Shown one piece after another: positions 33,133 through 46,002 of a stretch of 64,000 bases of DNA (the stretch's first letter is position 1; each line of letters opens with the position of its first letter). Below the pieces are notes generated by a model. It had not been told where the DNA came from. It worked only from the letters and a program-made list of their open reading frames with translations, and did no database searches. This DNA comes from Phaeosaccion multiseriatum (taxonomy: Eukaryota; Protista; Ochrophyta, other classes): contig OZ218956.1 in NCBI GenBank assembly GCA_965112735.1, forward strand, positions 3,472,001 through 3,536,000. The letters are read 5' to 3'. A program made the translations under genes and the position numbers.

Positions 33133-36100
33133 ATGGCTCACAGGTTGTTTGCAGCTCTCACCCTTACCTTCCTGCGCTTCCGCGACCCGAGGGACGAGAG
33201 GGCCTACCTCGACTTTGCAATGCAGCGGAGGCAGTGGGGAGCCTGGGTGGCCCTCACATGGTACAACCTTTTGAACTGGACGTGGTTTTATTTCGTGCGC
33301 CCGGACCCCGTGAGAAGACAGGACCTGTACCTCAGGGTAGGTAGAGAGATGGAGTTGTCGCCTCATGCTCTTTCTTGCCAACCGAGAAAAGCAGGCAGGC
33401 TCGCTCTCTTCTTGCCCCCCTGCCTGCTCTTCCTCTTAGCCACCGCGCTGCCCCTCGATCCTGCTCTTCCTCCTCCTCCTGCTGCTGCTGCTGCTGGTGG
33501 TGGTGGTCTCTTCCCTTCGTTCGGACCTTGCGTGCCTCTCTCTCTCTCTCTCTCTCTCTCCCTCTCCCTCTCTCAGGCCCTGCCTGTGATCCTGGGATTT
33601 CTCATACTCCAAGCCCTGTACACGGGGTCCCTGCGATTGCTAGGTGGGAAGCACCTGCTCACTCGCTTCCTTGTGAGCTGGTGGGGCGTCCTGTGCTGTG
33701 CCCCGTCCTTGGGGTGGACTATTGCCTTCCACATCCAAAAGTGCACAGGCGACGCTCGCTGTGTGGACTTTACCGCCCCTAGAAGCGGAAATATCTACAT
33801 ATTTCTCGTGTTTTGCCTAGAGGTGAGCAAAGCAGGTCGGGGGGGGGTGGACTACAAGTCGGGGGTGGTGCCTTCTACCTACCTGGCTGTTCGGGTCCGA
33901 GTGTCAGCACTCCATTAATTCTGGGTCGTGTGATGCGCGCTCTGCACAAACAAACGAGCAGACAACCAACACCCCACCCGGCCTTACCCCGCCCCCATTC
34001 TTCCCCACCCCACCACACCCTGCGTACATGCATAAGGTGGACCTCCCCTACTTGGTGGTCACCGGGGCGGTCATGGAGTACTTCACAAACATTCAGTTTA
34101 TCGACTCCTCTCGGCGGTTCGGCGGGGGCGCATACACTGTCCTGGACGGTCTTATCTTCGGGTGGACAAACCTTGGACTGATGCTGATGCTCGGTATCAC
34201 TGTGAGGGTGTATTGGAGGGCCTACTTTCATGCCTACAGCGACAAGTTGCGGCGGTTGGAGGAGGCGAGGAAGCTGACGGAGAGGCGGGTTCGCACTCTG
34301 CGCTACGCCTGTCATGAGTTTCGAAACGCGCTACACTCCTTCACAGCCTCTGTGCATCACTTGCAGAGGCTGTCTTTGCCCTTCCTGCTCGACTCAAAGC
34401 AGAAGCAGTCGCCACGGAGCCTGTCTTCCTCGCCGCGGCTTGCTCTCACTGGGGCCCTCATCGCGTCACAGCAGAGACAGCAGCAGTTGGTGATACAACA
34501 GCCACAGGATCGGCAGGGCCTGTCTCCAGCCGCTGGGCCACTACCGCGGCCTCCCATCAAGACCCCGCCCGGCTCCCCTAGAGGCGGCATGTGGGGCGGA
34601 TTCTTCGATTGGGTGCGGGTGCTGGACTCGGCTTCCTCGCAGCTGCTTGACTTCGTCTCGGACTTGCTGGACACGGATGTACGGAACACTTGGAGTGGTG
34701 GAAACGGCGGCGGCGGCGGAGGAGCAGCAGCAGCAGGAGGAGGAGAAGGAGGAGCAGCAGCAGCAGGAGGAGGAGGAGGAGGAGGAGGAGGAGGAGGAGG
34801 AGAAGGAGGAGGAGGAGGAGGAGGAGGAGGAGGAGGAGGAGGAGAAGGAGGAGGAGGAGGAGGGGGAGGAGATATGTGCACGAGCAGCAGAGCCGGCGAC
34901 CCGTTTGGCGGCAGAAGCTTGGAGGGTGTGCGGGTGCTGCTGCTCAGTACCGATGACCTCGAGCGAGATATGACTCAGAGCCTGCTCCATGCACTAGAGG
35001 TTACCACCTCGGCGTTCAAGAGCAGTGCGGAGGTGCTGCAGGCTTTCCCTCGGGGACAAGGATTGGAGGCCGCTTTTGATATCGTCCTCGTGCATGTGAG
35101 CAGCAGAGGAGAGAAGCAGCGGCGAGAGCAACAACAAGAAAGAGAAGGGCGCGTACGGTCTTCTGAGCAGCAGCAGCAGCAGGCTGAGCAGGAGCAGGCG
35201 GTGGCCATTGAAGGAGAGACTGGGTTCTGTAGGCAACTGCGCAGCTGGGGAGTGAGGAGCATTCCCGTCGTGGCCGCCACTCTCAAGGCAGGGAGGAGGA
35301 GGGAGTGGGCCTTCATCACCGACGAGGCCTTCTCTGCCGTGCTGGAGAAGCCCTACTCGTTGCAGCTGCTTCAGCAGTGCATACGCAAGCAACTTGACTT
35401 GGCGAAGGGACAGGGGGCTCCAGTGGCTTTGTTGTCGGTACCTGCTCCTGCCGCATCCTCGTCTTTGTCCGCGATGGAGAGGGAGGAGGAGCTGCTGTCC
35501 TCTGGTGAGGATGATCAAATGGAGAGGGGAAGCATCGATGTGGGCTTGCAGTCATCCCCCCTTCGTGCTGTGCAGAGGAGCGATGTAGATGGGGGTGAGG
35601 GGGGTGAGTTACCGTATCAGGAGTCGCCTCTGCATGCGCCAGAGCGACAGGAGGAGAGGAAGGAGGAAGAGAGGCAGGCGAAGCAGGGGGCAGGGAGCAT
35701 ACCAGCGAAGGGGGGCGGCGTCGGCGGGAGAGGCGGCAGGGGCTGGGGAAGGCATCGTCTTGTCAGGACCGCCACAAGGATATGCGGCGTGCTGCTGGGG
35801 TTCGTATTCCCCTCCGACGAGGAAGATCGCTTCTTGGTGTGGCTTTACTTGCAATCACAAACCGTCATCTGGGTCGTGCTGGTGCTGCTCAACGCCAACG
35901 CGTGGTGGCCCTTGGTGTACCAACGGCTCTACAACGGCGGTGCGAAGTACGACTACCGAGGGAACTTCATTGAAGGGCCGGCCGTGGCCTTCGCGGCCGT
36001 GCTCTATCTCTGTGCAAGGTAGGTGGTGGTGGTGGTGGTGTGTATGTGTGTGGGTGTGCATGTGTGCATGTGTGCGTGTGTGTGTATGTATGTAAGTGTA

Positions 36101-39100
36101 ACCCCCCGCCCCGCCTTTCCCTCTTCCCCCCCCCTGTTGAACGAACACTAAACCTAACAGAATATTCCTGTCACCGACGGCGGAGGGAGAGAAGCTCGGG
36201 CGGGCCGACAAGCGTTGGCGTCTTCGCCTCTACTTCCTGCGCTGCTGGAGCTGGAGTCTCGCAAGCGCCTTTATCCTCTCGGCCTGGGGGAATCAGACGT
36301 ACTATTGCGACTACGACCAGCCCAACTCCGCCGAGTGTTTGAAGACCTCCCAGGGGCAGAGATTCATGCTCTATAGTGCCATCGGCTTGTCCATGAACAC
36401 TTCTTCGTTCCTGGCGGCGGCCGTCGCAAGGCTGTATTGGTTTCAAGACCTCTACTTCAACTCCACACGACGGAACAGCGCCCCAAACAATGTCGAGTAA
36501 GCTTTGGCTTGTAAATCCCTTCTGTCTCTCTCTCACCCTCCAGCCACTCATCCCCCCTTTCTCCGCTTCTCTCTCTTGCTCCCCTTCTCCTCTTTCTATC
36601 TGCCCCACCCATCACCCCGCCTTTGGGCTTGTTGTCTCGTCCCGTATATCCCTTTTCTCTGTGCCCTATTCCCGTATGGGGTGACTGTGCACATACTTGC
36701 GTACGTACGCGACGGCAGGCTCCGCTACGTGTACCCCACCGTGACCGAGTCTGTCCTGTCGGTAATCATCATGGTGGGGTGGGAGTGGCTGCAAAGATCA
36801 GTCTTCAGGGAGCATGAGGAGCAGCAGCGGGCCCTTCAGCTTGAAACGGCCGCCACAGAAAGGCAAGTGCGTAGTACAGCAGCGAGCGGACGATTCTGTA
36901 GCCATTTAAACTCTTAGGGATCTACAGCGGTAGACCTCTCCTCTACTCTCAACCCTTTCCCTAACCCCACACTTAACTCGTTCCCATCTCATGTGTCTAC
37001 TCGCACCCCCCCCACACCCTCAGGACGCGTGACGCCGTGCAAACAATCTGCCTCAAAGTACGCAACCCTCTCCACGCCATCACCACCGCTCTCGGAGCTC
37101 TCGCCTCCTGGGCAGAGGAGAGCAGCGGCACCGCCAGGCACACTGCCGCACTGGAGACCAATCGAGGGTCTCAAGAGACCAGTGCGGGTGCCAGTACGAT
37201 GGCCCTTGCGGAGGAGGAGAAGCGGGCCTGCGCCGAGGCGTGTGTGTGGGTGGAGCGCATTCGCATGTCTACCAAGCAACTGGTGCGTGTGTGTATGTAT
37301 GTGTGTGTGCGTGTGCTCCCCCTGTCTCTCCCTGTCTCGCCCTCCCTCCCTCCCTCCCTCCCTCAGTCGAAGGATGGACTTGACACCCTCTCCTTCCCAC
37401 CTCGCCTCCCCAATGCGCCACAACACACCCACCCAAAGGTGATGCTAAGTGTAGATGTCCTGGACGCCAAGGCCATTGAGGAAGGGAAGGTGAATCCATC
37501 GCTGTCGACTGTGTGCCTGAAAGACTTCTTCGACCGAATTGCGAGTCAGCACTGCGGCATGAACACGTCCATCACCTTTCGGTGCCACATCGCTGACGAT
37601 TTGCCCCAGACTTTGATGCTCGACGACAAGAGAGTCATGCAGGTGCGTGCGTGTGTGTGCGTGCGTGCGTGGGTGCGTGTGTGTGCAAAACGATTGGCAG
37701 GAGCAGGAGCAGAGAGTAGTAGCAGCAGCCAGTAGTTACAGCAGAAGGGCCGCAGCAGTTGGTTGTATGCTCGTATCCGTCAAGTGTGGGGTGTTGCGGT
37801 AGGCGGCATGTGCGTCTGTCTCATTTCCCTTCCCCTCCCCCCGAGTCACGTAAGACAACGTCTTGTACAGTGCACCCTCTCCGACAGTTTTCAGTGAAAT
37901 AATGTGCAAGTGGCCTTCCTCTTGTTGCTTGTTGCTTGCTTGCTTGGTTATTTGCCTCTCGTCCACCCTTCACGACACGACAAGCAGGTGTGCGCCAACG
38001 GCATCACCAACGGCGTCAAGGCCATTGCCACCAGGGAGTACCGAACCCTCGACCAAGCCTCCCACCCGGCGGCAAGGGCCGGGGGCGGGCAAGAGGGGCA
38101 AGAGGCGTCGTTGCCCTTCGATCCGAGTATCACTATCCAAGTGACGCGCGACAACAGCGGGTGGGGCGAAGGAGGTGGAGAGGCGTCTGAGGCAGGGGCA
38201 GGGGGAGGGGCAGGGGAAGGCGCCACTGCTATCGATGTTGACGCTTCAACTCACGAGCCTCCTGACAGCCGTGGAGGCCAGAGCGGCGGCAGCGGCAGGA
38301 GGAGGAGACGCAGCACCGCTCTTGGTCGTCTTGCCATTCCTCCTGCTTCTCATCCATTTTCTTCCGCTTCTTCGTCTACTTCTACTACGCCCTTCAGTCT
38401 GCGCATTAGCATCGTCGACAACGGCACTGGGTTGGAGGGTGGTGGCAAGGGCGACAAGGAGGCGGAAGGACGAGAGGGGATTCGTCGCGGCTTTAGTTTC
38501 GAAGGTGCTCGCAGATCCTTTCGGTCCCGCCGCCGCCCGGCGGACGAGTCTACCTCCATCTCCACCGGTGGCGCGGGGGGGGACTCCTCGTGGCTCCGCC
38601 GTACCTTCACGCGCACCGCTCCTGCCACCGCAAGTGTGCGTGGGAGCCCCGCTCTAGGCGGAGACCACCACACGGCGCAAGGCGAGGACCATCCTTCTTC
38701 TGACGATGATGGAAATAGGCAGAGCGCCATCACAGGCGGTGGTGGTGAGAGGGGCACAAGCGGGAGGGAGACGGGGACTGACGAGGCGACTATAAGCAGC
38801 GGGAGTGACGGGGCGCGACGGAGAAGGGCAGGGGGGGGTGGGGGTGGGGGGTCGTTTTGGTCGATTGATGGTGGCACTACGAGCAGCGGTGGCAGTGGTG
38901 GAGAGACCCCGAGCAACAGCAGGAACAACATCAACAGCAACAACAACAACGACAACGAGAGCGACTGCGAGAGCGACAGCGAAGACAAACAGCGCTTGTC
39001 CACAAGGACTGCCTCACCACGGCCCTCCGCCGTCCTCCGTAGCTCAGGCATCGGCCTGAACATCAGCGAGGCCATGTGTAGGGGTATGGGCGGGAAGCTG

Positions 39101-39888
39101 GCCCTACGGAACCGCACGGACGGGCAGAGCGGGGCGGTTTTCTCCTTTACGACGGTGGTTCAGACGGCGACTACGATACCAAGGACCATGATCACCATGA
39201 CTGAGGAGGGGGAGGAGGAGGAGGAGGAGGGGAAGAGCAAGGGCCAGCCGCAGCAGCAGCGGCACCGGGGGGGGGGAGATGGTAGTGGAGTAATAGACGA
39301 GGGGCGAATGGTGGCGGGGGGTGAGGATCGGGGGCCTTCTCTGGCGGAGCTGCGCGTGCTGTTTGTGGACGATGACCTCCTCAATCACTTCGTGGGGAAG
39401 GCCATGCTCGAGGCCGTCGGGGTGCACAAGGTGAGTTTCAGTTTGTGTATGTTTGACCCTTCAGTTGCCATCTACCGTGTGCATTTGCGCCTGTTCCTGA
39501 CAGTATTATGACGAACAATGGAGTGTTGTGTTGTGATCAGATTGTTACTAATAGTGGAGTGTTGTGATGCGCTGATGACAAGGTGACCATGCTGGAGGAC
39601 GGGAGGGAGGTGCTGCAACACTACCCGGGGCTGCTGTTGGACGAGTTGTTCGATGTGGTGCTCATGGACAATCAGATGCAGTTTAGCACCGGCAGTGAGA
39701 TTGCGAGCGAGCTAAGGAGGCGCGAGGGAGGTGTGCGCCTCCCCATCATAGCCATGACGGCGGACGAGGGCATGACACAAAGGACGGCAGCGGAGAACGG
39801 CTTCTCGGTCGTGCTGTCCAAGCCCTTTGAGGTGGAGCAGCTCCGGGACATGCTGTGCAGCCAGTGTCGCATAATCTTAGGAGCATAG
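33133..39888 (+). CDS. Multi-pass membrane hybrid histidine kinase with tandem architecture TM-HisKA-polyG-REC-TM-HisKA-HATPase-REC, multi-exon
   Basis: H-box CHEFRNALH (~34310); REC-like region ...LEKPYS; second TM block; degenerate H-box CLKVRNPLH (~37049); N-box QVCANGITNGVK; G1 IVDNGTG; G2 SGIGLNIS..MGG; REC VLFVDDD...FDVVLMDNQM...LSKPF. The start may lie in an upstream exon. Confidence 0.85.
34705..34870 (+). repeat. (GGA)n coding microsatellite encoding poly-Gly within the histidine kinase
   Basis: Directly visible, in frame within ORF 34028..36022. Confidence 0.9.
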
Positions 39889-40938
39889 AAAGAGAGAATG
39901 GAGTAGCCCAGATACCGCTCATATGGCTCTATCACTCTCCCGTTTACATATGGTTTTGTTGCAAGGCACTCTGAACACCAAAGAACAGGGTATATCATGG
40001 ACAGCACGGCGGCCAAGTTGACGAGAGATGGGAGGGGGGGCGGGGACGACCACGTAGACAAGCCGAAGGTCAACCATTTTTGACGGCTTTTTTTGGCGTT
40101 CTTTCGATGGCGGGAAGGAGAGAGGGAGGGGGAGAGCCAGAGCAGCCCGGTGCAATGGGCTTCATCGCCACCTCACCAGGACGGGTCTCCATGCCGGCCC
40201 AAGACATGATGGTTGGGGCCCTCCGACGAGGGCCCGAAGTCAATAAAGTTCTTCTCCATCTTCTGGTATCAACTGACGAGTCGGAAGGATACGACCTCGT
40301 CAGCCCCATGCACGCCTAGCGGCCTAGGCCTATTTGGGAAAATCGCCCGGCCTAGCGAGGGCCGTAGGCCCTCGGCCTATTTATATGCCGCCGCCCTAAG
40401 GCAGACGTCAACTAGGCGGACGGTGGGAGTGCCCAGAGTGCAAAGAGTAGTCAGTTTCATTGCATGGGATTGGAAGTGAGGAGTAGTTGGTTCGTGTTGT
40501 CTCTTTCCGCCTCGCTGGCCCTACGAGGAGTGCAGGCCTACAGGTGTGCTGCTACCCACTGGCTGGGCGGCACCACGCACGCGCCCACGGTCACTGGGAG
40601 GCTGCCTAGAGGCGGGCTAGAGGCCGCCTAGGACTGAAAAGTGAGCGGCCTAGATCGGCCGAAGGCCGAGCGGCCTAGCGGCCCAGAGCAAAACCGCTAA
40701 GCACGCATCGGGCGTGAACCTCAGACCTCAGGGCTAAGTTCCCCGGGGCGGTTAGACGTTACTTTTAGACAACCATAGATGGCACTTAAGGGTGTTCTTC
40801 CCTCTCCTTGAAATTTTGAACCTCTTCTATTCCCGTCTCCTCCCTCATCCTCCCCTTCTCTTCCTTTCGAAATCTCCTTTCCTTCCCTTGCCTCTTGCTT
40901 TCCCTTCCATTGTCCATTGAGCTTGAGTCTGAAAGATC

Positions 40939-42974
40939 ATGAGCGTCACCAGGAGAGGGGCACTGCTCTTGGGAGTAGCAGTCGCAGGCGCCGTCTGTGC
41001 GAGCTCCGTCTTTGCTGAAGTCGATCCCACACTCGGGGTGGATAGGAAGATTGGGAAGGCGAGCACAGTCCAGCAGGCAGTCTGGGACGGACTGGTGGAG
41101 CAGCTGGCACAGGGAGACTGTGCTCTCAACGCCTTGGCAAGCAAAGGTTGGTGCAGTGGGGGAACAGAATCACAATCATCCTGCTGCTCCTCTGCGTTCA
41201 TTTGCAACCATGTCTCACGGCTGCTCTTCTGCCCACTTCGACCCACCTTGGTGATCCTTGTGTGCTTGCCGCTGCGGATGATGACGACGGCCCTCGATGG
41301 TTCGCTTCTCTTCTACCCGTCGCTGGACTCATCAATCTTTAGCCGCGATCACCATGCCTCACGGCGGCCTGATGAACAAGCAGGTCCGTCGCTAGGCATG
41401 GATACGTGTTGCCGATTTGCGTTCTTCATCGAAGAAAACAATGTATTCGCCATTTCCCTGTCTATGCTCACAAATCTCGTCCTTCGCGTCTGAGTGGAAC
41501 AAGGGAGCCAACACTATCTTTCTTATAAAGCCCCTCCTGGGCACGCGATGCATCGCCGTGACATACTCAGGATGCCCCACTTGCCCATTTCTGCCCCACT
41601 CATATGCCCCTCCCTCCCCACCCCCACCCCACCCCTTCCATCATGCCTCCTCTCCTCTCCTGTGCAGGAGTTTGAGGAGTATTGCAAAGAGTACCTCGCC
41701 AACCTCGCTCCCCAAGGCGCACGCACCTCCACCGATCGTATCCTCCCCTTCTCCAAGAGGTGGGGGCTGACTGTCCGTGTTGAGTGCTCACGCTCCCCCC
41801 CTTCTTCCTCCTCCTCCCTCCGTCCCTCCCTGGTGGAATGATATGATTGGCTGCCCTTTTAAAGCCGTGCGGTAGCAGTATGACCAGACTCGCTCCCCAT
41901 CTTTCGCTGGGGATCCAATCCCGTGCCCAGACTGTACATGACCACCCTACTCACGTCGTATTACTCTGATCCTGCCCTCCTCCGCTCCTCCCTTCATTCC
42001 CGTATGCCTCTACATGCGGTCCATCCTCACGCAGGTCTTTCCTGGCCGAGACGACCATCGAAGCCTCTACTGTGGACCCTCGCGGTTCCCCCCTGACCGT
42101 TACTTACCCCGCTGCCTTTGTAGTGACGCTCACCTCTGAGAAGAAGGACGCCCAGATCGGAGCCCTTAAGCTGTATGCGCAAAACACCCCCCTGCTGGAG
42201 GCTAATGGTCTGAGTGTGTCGCCGGATGGAGCGCTGGAGTCCCTGCTGGCCGAGTCGGGCATCGGAGGAGGGAAAGGAGCAGCAGCAACCGCAGGAGGAG
42301 CTGGAGGCGAGGGTACCGAAGACCTCTTTGGGTCGCTTAGTAAGGCAGCCGCCGCTCTGGGTGGGGGTGGCCTGGTGGCAGCATTGGGGGCTATGGGCGG
42401 GGGTGACGGGGAGGGGGGCGGGGAGGGCCTGGGCAAGGGGCTGGCCTCTGCTGCCAGTGCGCTGACCTCCGCAGCCACACACCTGCAATCCGCAGCGGCC
42501 GGAGAGGGAACAGACGGGCTCGGCAAGAGCCTCTCTGCGGCCTACGCTGCCTTGGGCGGGCTGGCGTCTGGTGGGGGCTTCGAGGGTATCAGCTCTATCC
42601 TGAGCAACGTGATGGAAGGAGGAAGTCTGCAGGACGCTGCCAAGGCGGCTCTGTCGGGAATGGGAGGAGGAGGAGGAGCAGGGGCAGGAGAAGGAGGAGA
42701 AAGAGGGGAAGGAGGGGCAGCAGGCGGAGGCGGGGGAGGGGGTTTTGAGGGCCTGTCTTCGGCGCTGGGGGACCTCATGGAAGGCGGCAGTCTTCAGGAT
42801 GCAGCGAAGGCCGCCATGGACAGTGGCCTTGACCTTGGCAAGCTGAGCGAGGCTGCCACGACTGCCTTTGGGAACGTGGATATGGAGAAGCTCGGCGAAG
42901 CCGCTTCTGCCTTGGGTGGGGCATTCGGCGCTGCCAACAAGGAAGGACAGGGGGGGAGGGCCACTGCTGCGTGA
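40939..42974 (+). CDS. Hypothetical secreted protein with a Gly/Ala-rich repeated tail, about 4 exons
   Basis: Signal-peptide-like MSVTRRGALLLGVAVAGAVCASSVFA. GT-AG introns join four exons in a consistent phase. The tail contains a duplicated GFEG.SS.L...MEGGSLQDAAKAA. Confidence 0.65.
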
Positions 42975-43609
42975 GTGCGCGAGGTGGCGATACGCGGTGG
43001 TGGGTGCGTGCGCCGGTGCCAGCTGTTAGAAGGGCCATAGAGGTTTGGGCAGTCAGGTAGAGGAATGTGGTAGAGTAGAGGTCGTGGGTTTTTTTTATAG
43101 ACTTAGATACTACAATGGTAGGCAAGAGAATAGAGGGGGGACAGCTGGTAGGGCTTTCGGCCCAGCACTGCATCTCTATCTTGAACACATGAGCGCAAAG
43201 ATTACAACCTCCCTGTTATGGAGGTTCCTTTTGGAGACTGAATTTGAGTGTCGAGCCGCTCCCTGACTCGTTCATTTCCGGCACGCTACTAGCTATTGAT
43301 GCATGCCAACGGGCCAATAGCGCAGCTATCGGCGATAGCAAAAGAGGGAAGCAGGGGTCGAGGGAGGGGGGAAGTATCGGTGAAGTTTCAGTTTCAGTTT
43401 CAGTTTCAGCTTATTACCCCCAATCAATGGCTGGCCCGTAAGGGGCTGCCCGCTAATTGATTTACGCGTCATAGCAAGTCTACCCGGCCTTCTAGGTGTT
43501 CTCTCCATTAGGCGGTACGCCTTGGCTGCACAACTCTACATGTATTCGAAGGCTGAGAACTAGAACCAGGACCTCCTACCGAGGGCCTTTACGACCTCCC
43601 GCCCGACCT

Positions 43610-45165
43610 CCTGTATCTCGCGGTCAGCCGAAAAGGCGCGCATCGCCTTCGCCACCAGCTCACACGCCCCTGCCGCTCCCAGCTTTTCCCTGTTGTTGTT
43701 GTTGTTGTTGTTGTTGGCTGTAAGGTTCCATACTGCCCGACAGGAGTAGTAGATCACATCGCGGTCGGCCGGGAAGTCTCGCATCGCCTTCGCCACCAGC
43801 TCACACGCCCCTGCCGCTCCCAGCTTTTCATTGATATTGTTGTTGTTGGCTGCAAGGATATATACTGCTCCACAGGAGTAGTAGATTACATCGCGGTCGG
43901 CCGGGAAGTCTCGCATCGCCTTCGCCACCAGCTCACACGCCCCTGCCGCGCCCAGCTTTTCCTTCTTGTTGTTGTTGTTGGCTGCAAGGTTCCATACTGC
44001 CCCACAGGAGTAGCAGATCACATTGCGGTCGGCCGGGAAGTCTCGCATCGCCTTCGCCACCAGCTCACACGCCCCCGCCGCTCCCAGCTTTCCCTTGTTG
44101 TTGTTGTTGTTGTTGGCAAGGTTCTGTGCTGCCCCACAGGAGCAGTAGATCACATCGCAGTCGGCCGGGAAGTCTCGCATCGCCTTCGCCACCAGCTCAC
44201 ACGCCCCTGCCGCTCCCAGCTTTTCCCTGTTGTTGTTGTTGTTGGCTGCAAGGTTCCATACTGCCCCACAGGAGTAGCAGATCACATCGCGGTCGGCCGG
44301 GAAGTCTCGCATCGCCTTCGCCACCAGCTCACACGCCCCTGCCGCGCCCAGCTTTTCCTTGTTGTTGTTGTTGTTGGCTGTAAGGTTCCATACTGCCCCA
44401 CAGGAGTAGCAGATCACATTGCGGTCGGCCGGGAAGTCTCGCATCGCCTTCGCCACCAGCTCACACGCCCCCGCCGCTCCCAGCTTTTCCTTGTTGTTGT
44501 TGCTGTTGGCTGCAAGGCTATATACTGCCCCACAGGAGTAGTAGATCACATCGCGGTCGGCCGCGAAGTCTCGCATCGCCTTCGCCACCAGCTCACACGC
44601 CCCTGCCGCTCCCAGCTTTTCCTTGTTGTTGTTGTTGTTGTTGTTGTTGGCTGCAAGGTTCCATACTGCCCCACAGGAGTAGTAGATCACATCGCGGTCG
44701 GCCGGGAAGTCTCGCATCGCCTTCGCCACCAGCTCACACGCCCCTGCCGCTCCCAGCTTTTCCTTGTTGTTGTTGTTGTTGTTGGCTGCAAGGGTCCGTA
44801 CTGCTCCACAGGAGTAGTAGATCACATCGCGGTCGGCCGGGAAGTCTCGCATCGCCTTCGCCACCAGCGCACACGCCCCTGCCGCTCCCAGCTTTCCCTT
44901 GTTGTTGTTGTTGTTGGCTGCAAGGTTCCATACTGCCCCACAGGAGTAGTAGATCACATCGCGGTCGGCCGGGAAGTCTCGCATCGCCTTCGCCACCAGT
45001 TCACACGCCCCTGCCGCTCCCAGCTTTTCCCTGTTATTGTTGTTGGCTGCAAGGTCCCATACTGCTCCACAGGAGTCGTAGATCACATCGCGGTCGGCCG
45101 GGAAGTCTCGCATCGCCTTCGCCACCAGCTCGCACGCCCCTGCCGCTCCCAGCTTTCCCCTGTTT
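43610..45165 (-). repeat. Coding tandem array: 11 near-identical ARM-like units of ~132 bp (43-47 aa) plus a divergent terminal unit
   Basis: Unit KEKLGAAGACELVAKAMRDFPADRDVIYYSCGAVWNLAA followed by a variable (AAC)n run. Confidence 0.95.
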
Positions 45166-46002
45166 GCATGCTGCGGCGCAATACCATTTTGTCTGCCGGA
45201 GCAAAGATGTCGGATAGCCCGGCATCCCATGTGCACAGCCGCGGAGTCCTGCTTAGAAAGGGTGTTCATTGCAGTTACCAGCGTTTCACATGCGCCTGCT
45301 TCACCCAGAGCGTCTTTTGTACCCTTTGCCGCCAAGTCTCCCACGTACTGCAGCGCCGATGTCATGTCTGGGAAGGTTGTTGGGCTCGTAGTATCCACTA
45401 GACGGGTGACCTTGACCACAAGGCTAAGTGCCCAGTCCATTTCGCCACTCTCCCGTGTGATCGTCCCTGGCGTCGGAGGGCGTGGGAGTCCCACATACGC
45501 TTGCCCATCATCCTCCAACACGGCAGCGACCGGTTTCCACTGCCACACAGGGCTATCCAGTTCCATCAGCTCAGAAGCGATGTTCCCCACTTGGTGCGCG
45601 ACCTCTCCCGTCTTTGGTCGTGCTGCTCGATCGCCATCCCAGCATTTCTTCATCACGGCCACCAGTGCTTCCATGTGGGAGGGTTTGTCTGTAGGTACTA
45701 CCACTTCGGGCGTTGCTTCTTCACAGAGAACCGCATGCATCACCTGGACGTCCTCCTTTCCCGCAAAAGGGAGTCGGCCCATCATGACCTCGTACATCAC
45801 CATCCCCAAGCTGTACACGTCGGACTGTACTGATCGTCCCTCGCTCTTCATCACTTCAGGTGCCATCCATGCCGTGGTACCTGCCTTGCTCTTGGGTCCG
45901 GGGCTCATGATAGACTGACGTACCCTCGACAAACCAAAGTCGCAGAGCCTGGGTACATACTTGGTGCCGTCGAAGAAGAGCAACACGTTGGGCGACTTGA
46001 GG

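Noticed and set aside
32942-40252. 15-bp inverted match GAACTTTATTGACTT flanking the histidine kinase
   Set aside because: A few matches of this length are expected by chance in 64 kb; there is no TSD or extended similarity.
43610-45165. CRISPR-like appearance of regular repeats
   Set aside because: The units are in-frame coding repeats without unique spacers; the context is eukaryotic and no cas genes are present.
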